From: a virus
Lineage: Duplodnaviria; Caudoviricetes
Length of the DNA: 34,705 bases
Virus record (IMG/VR): IMGVR_UViG_3300022178_003189
Coordinates: 1-34,705 of that record
Reading direction: 5' to 3' (one strand)
Part shown: piece by piece, positions 33,499-34,705 of the stretch
Layout of the letters: each line of letters opens with the position of its first letter
How positions within the stretch are numbered: the stretch's first letter is position 1
Notes under the pieces: model-generated
What the model saw: only the letters and a program-made list of their open reading frames with translations
Database searches by the model: none
What the model was told of the DNA's origin: nothing
Program-made: the position numbers and the translations under genes

Positions 33499-33900
33499 TA
33501 AGAAATTGAGAAATAAAAGTTTAAAAGATTAGGTTTTGGGTTATTCATCGGTCACTACGTGGCATAAAATCTATAAGACTAGGGTAAAGCGTGATTCCCC
33601 TAGCTCCAGAATCTTTCTATTTATACTTTATTTCTGCGTGTAGTCCCCACGATAATTGGACTAGGTTTCTGTCTGACCTTAACAAGAGCAGCGCTGGCAG
33701 AGTCGAGAACCTGCAAAGTTGGGATCCTCCTACTAAAAGCGAGGATGGTTTCCTAGTTTCTACACCTAAAACTAGGTTTTATACTGAGAGTGTTCATGTA
33801 AAACGATTAGCTCAGTAATCAAAAACAAAAAGCCTACTACAATTTGCTACCTTTTGTGCCCCTTGATTAAACCGTTTCGGTCGATGATAGGGGCTTTTTT
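33499..33900 (+). ncRNA. Putative ~400-nt structured non-coding RNA
   Basis: Own consensus promoter and terminator, no RBS-led ORF. A long closing stem (33509-33540 pairing with 33605-33635) is followed by six consecutive hairpins. Confidence 0.65.
33858..33900 (+). terminator. Rho-independent terminator of the ncRNA
   Basis: GCCCCT...ACCG-TTT-CGGT...AGGGGC followed by TTTTTT. Confidence 0.75.
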
Positions 33901-33926
33901 GTGCCCCAGCAAAAGTACGAAAGTTC

Positions 33927-33955
33927 TTGACACATACTAAATTTTGATGTATAAT
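33927..33955 (+). promoter_or_regulatory. sigma70 early promoter
   Basis: Perfect TTGACA-17 bp-TATAAT. Shares AGTTCTTGACACA...ATGTATAATAT with the 33464 promoter. Confidence 0.9.
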
Positions 33956-33987
33956 ATACTTCTAAAACTGATAGAAGGAAGAAAATT

Positions 33988-34317
33988 ATGGGCAACGTAT
34001 TACAGTTTAGCAGCAAGACGGACAAGATAAAAGAAAGTATGTATGAAAAAATAGCTAAGATGGAAGAGCTGTACCAAACAATCGACCTAGCAGTTACAGA
34101 ACTGTTAGCAGCAGAGAAAGAAGCTGATGATGTAGAACGAGAGTTTAACAAACAGCTAAGAATTTATGCAGATATTGTAGGTGAAGAGAATGTTGAAGTA
34201 GGTTTCCTAGAGTATGCTCCAGAGATAGAAGTTTATCTAGATGATGAAGGCATACCTGACATACGATTCGCTAATGACCCCGAACAATTAGAACTATTCC
34301 CAGAGGAAGAACAATGA
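33988..34317 (+). CDS. Acidic coiled-coil hypothetical protein
   Basis: 109 aa, AAGGA RBS, NVLQF start and C-terminal QLELF. Confidence 0.8.
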   Translation: MGNVLQFSSKTDKIKESMYEKIAKMEELYQTIDLAVTELLAAEKEADDVEREFNKQLRIYADIVGEENVEVGFLEYAPEIEVYLDDEGIPDIRFANDPEQLELFPEEEQ

Positions 34318-34634
34318 AAAACGTAAACTATTCAGAAGAAGTAACCGCTACAATCGTGGCTGCCTACGCAGCAAATCCCAGCATGGAAACAGTTAAAGAT
34401 CTAGCAGAGACCTTTGACAAGACAACGAAGTCAATCATAGGAAAGCTGTCTAGAGAAGGAGTATATCAGAAAGAGAGCTATACTACGAAGACTGGTGCTA
34501 AACCCGTAACCAAAGTAGAATTAGTAACACAGCTAGCAGATTATTTACAGATAGAACTAGATTCAATAGCAGGACTAGAGAAATCACCAAAGGCAGCATT
34601 GCAGAAAGTATTGGATGTGTTGACAATTAACTAA
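34314..34634 (+). CDS. T5 D3/A2-family DNA-binding protein
   Basis: 106 aa with pattern Y.EE.T..IV..Y...V..LAE...T.KSIIGKLS.EGVYQK...K.ELV..L.....I.GLEK..K..L. Paralogous to 31060-31371. Confidence 0.75.
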   Translation: MKNVNYSEEVTATIVAAYAANPSMETVKDLAETFDKTTKSIIGKLSREGVYQKESYTTKTGAKPVTKVELVTQLADYLQIELDSIAGLEKSPKAALQKVLDVLTIN

Positions 34635-34651
34635 TAACATCTAGTCCAACC

Positions 34652-34688
34652 AACCCCGTAATGAGAAATCGCTACGGGGTTTTTCTTT
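34652..34688 (+). terminator. Rho-independent terminator
   Basis: AACCCCGTA...TACGGGGTT followed by TTTCTTT. Confidence 0.85.
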
Positions 34689-34705
34689 ATCTGTAAGATC
34701 TTATA

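Noticed and set aside
33591-33818. 75-aa ORF within the putative ncRNA
   Set aside because: GTG start inside a hairpin, no RBS and no protein-like features. The region is better explained by RNA stems, though translation is not formally excluded.
33499-33900. tmRNA, RNase P RNA or retron msr-msd identity for the ncRNA
   Set aside because: No tRNA-like GGGGC/CCA ends or tag ORF, no RNase P conserved core, and no adjacent reverse transcriptase.

Overview
A 34.7-kb segment of a T5-like (Demerecviridae-type) lytic siphophage genome, probably from an aquatic Gram-negative host (inferred). Positions 1-28.7 kb are the minus-strand late module in T5 gene order. From the window start these are: baseplate hub (truncated at the edge), distal tail protein, tape measure, two tail chaperones, baseplate tube protein, major tail tube protein, tail terminator, neck, head completion, capsid, portal, HNH nicking endonuclease, TerL, TerS and receptor-binding genes. 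Positions ~28.75-33.0 kb resemble a compact T5-type terminal-repeat/pre-early region, with end-region repeats, ppk2, a DEDDh exonuclease, a HAD phosphatase, an A2-like gene, tandem sigma70 promoters, tiny membrane peptides and an injection-stop-like repeat tract. Two tRNAs, a ~400-nt structured non-coding transcript and a D3/A2-family gene follow. The main departures from T5 are: (i) an extra 1264-aa tail-tube paralog split into three pieces by two FG-GAP/Asp-box beta-propellers; (ii) a protease-capsid fusion with a strong internal start; (iii) a promoter- and terminator-bounded multi-hairpin ncRNA; (iv) a pre-early PPK2/exonuclease/phosphatase module with no recognisable A1; (v) tandem Fur-box-like sites at the predicted genome end; and (vi) a cluster of envelope-targeted and basic-peptide genes between terS and terL. 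All homology calls come from motif recognition and synteny by eye. No searches or folding were run.
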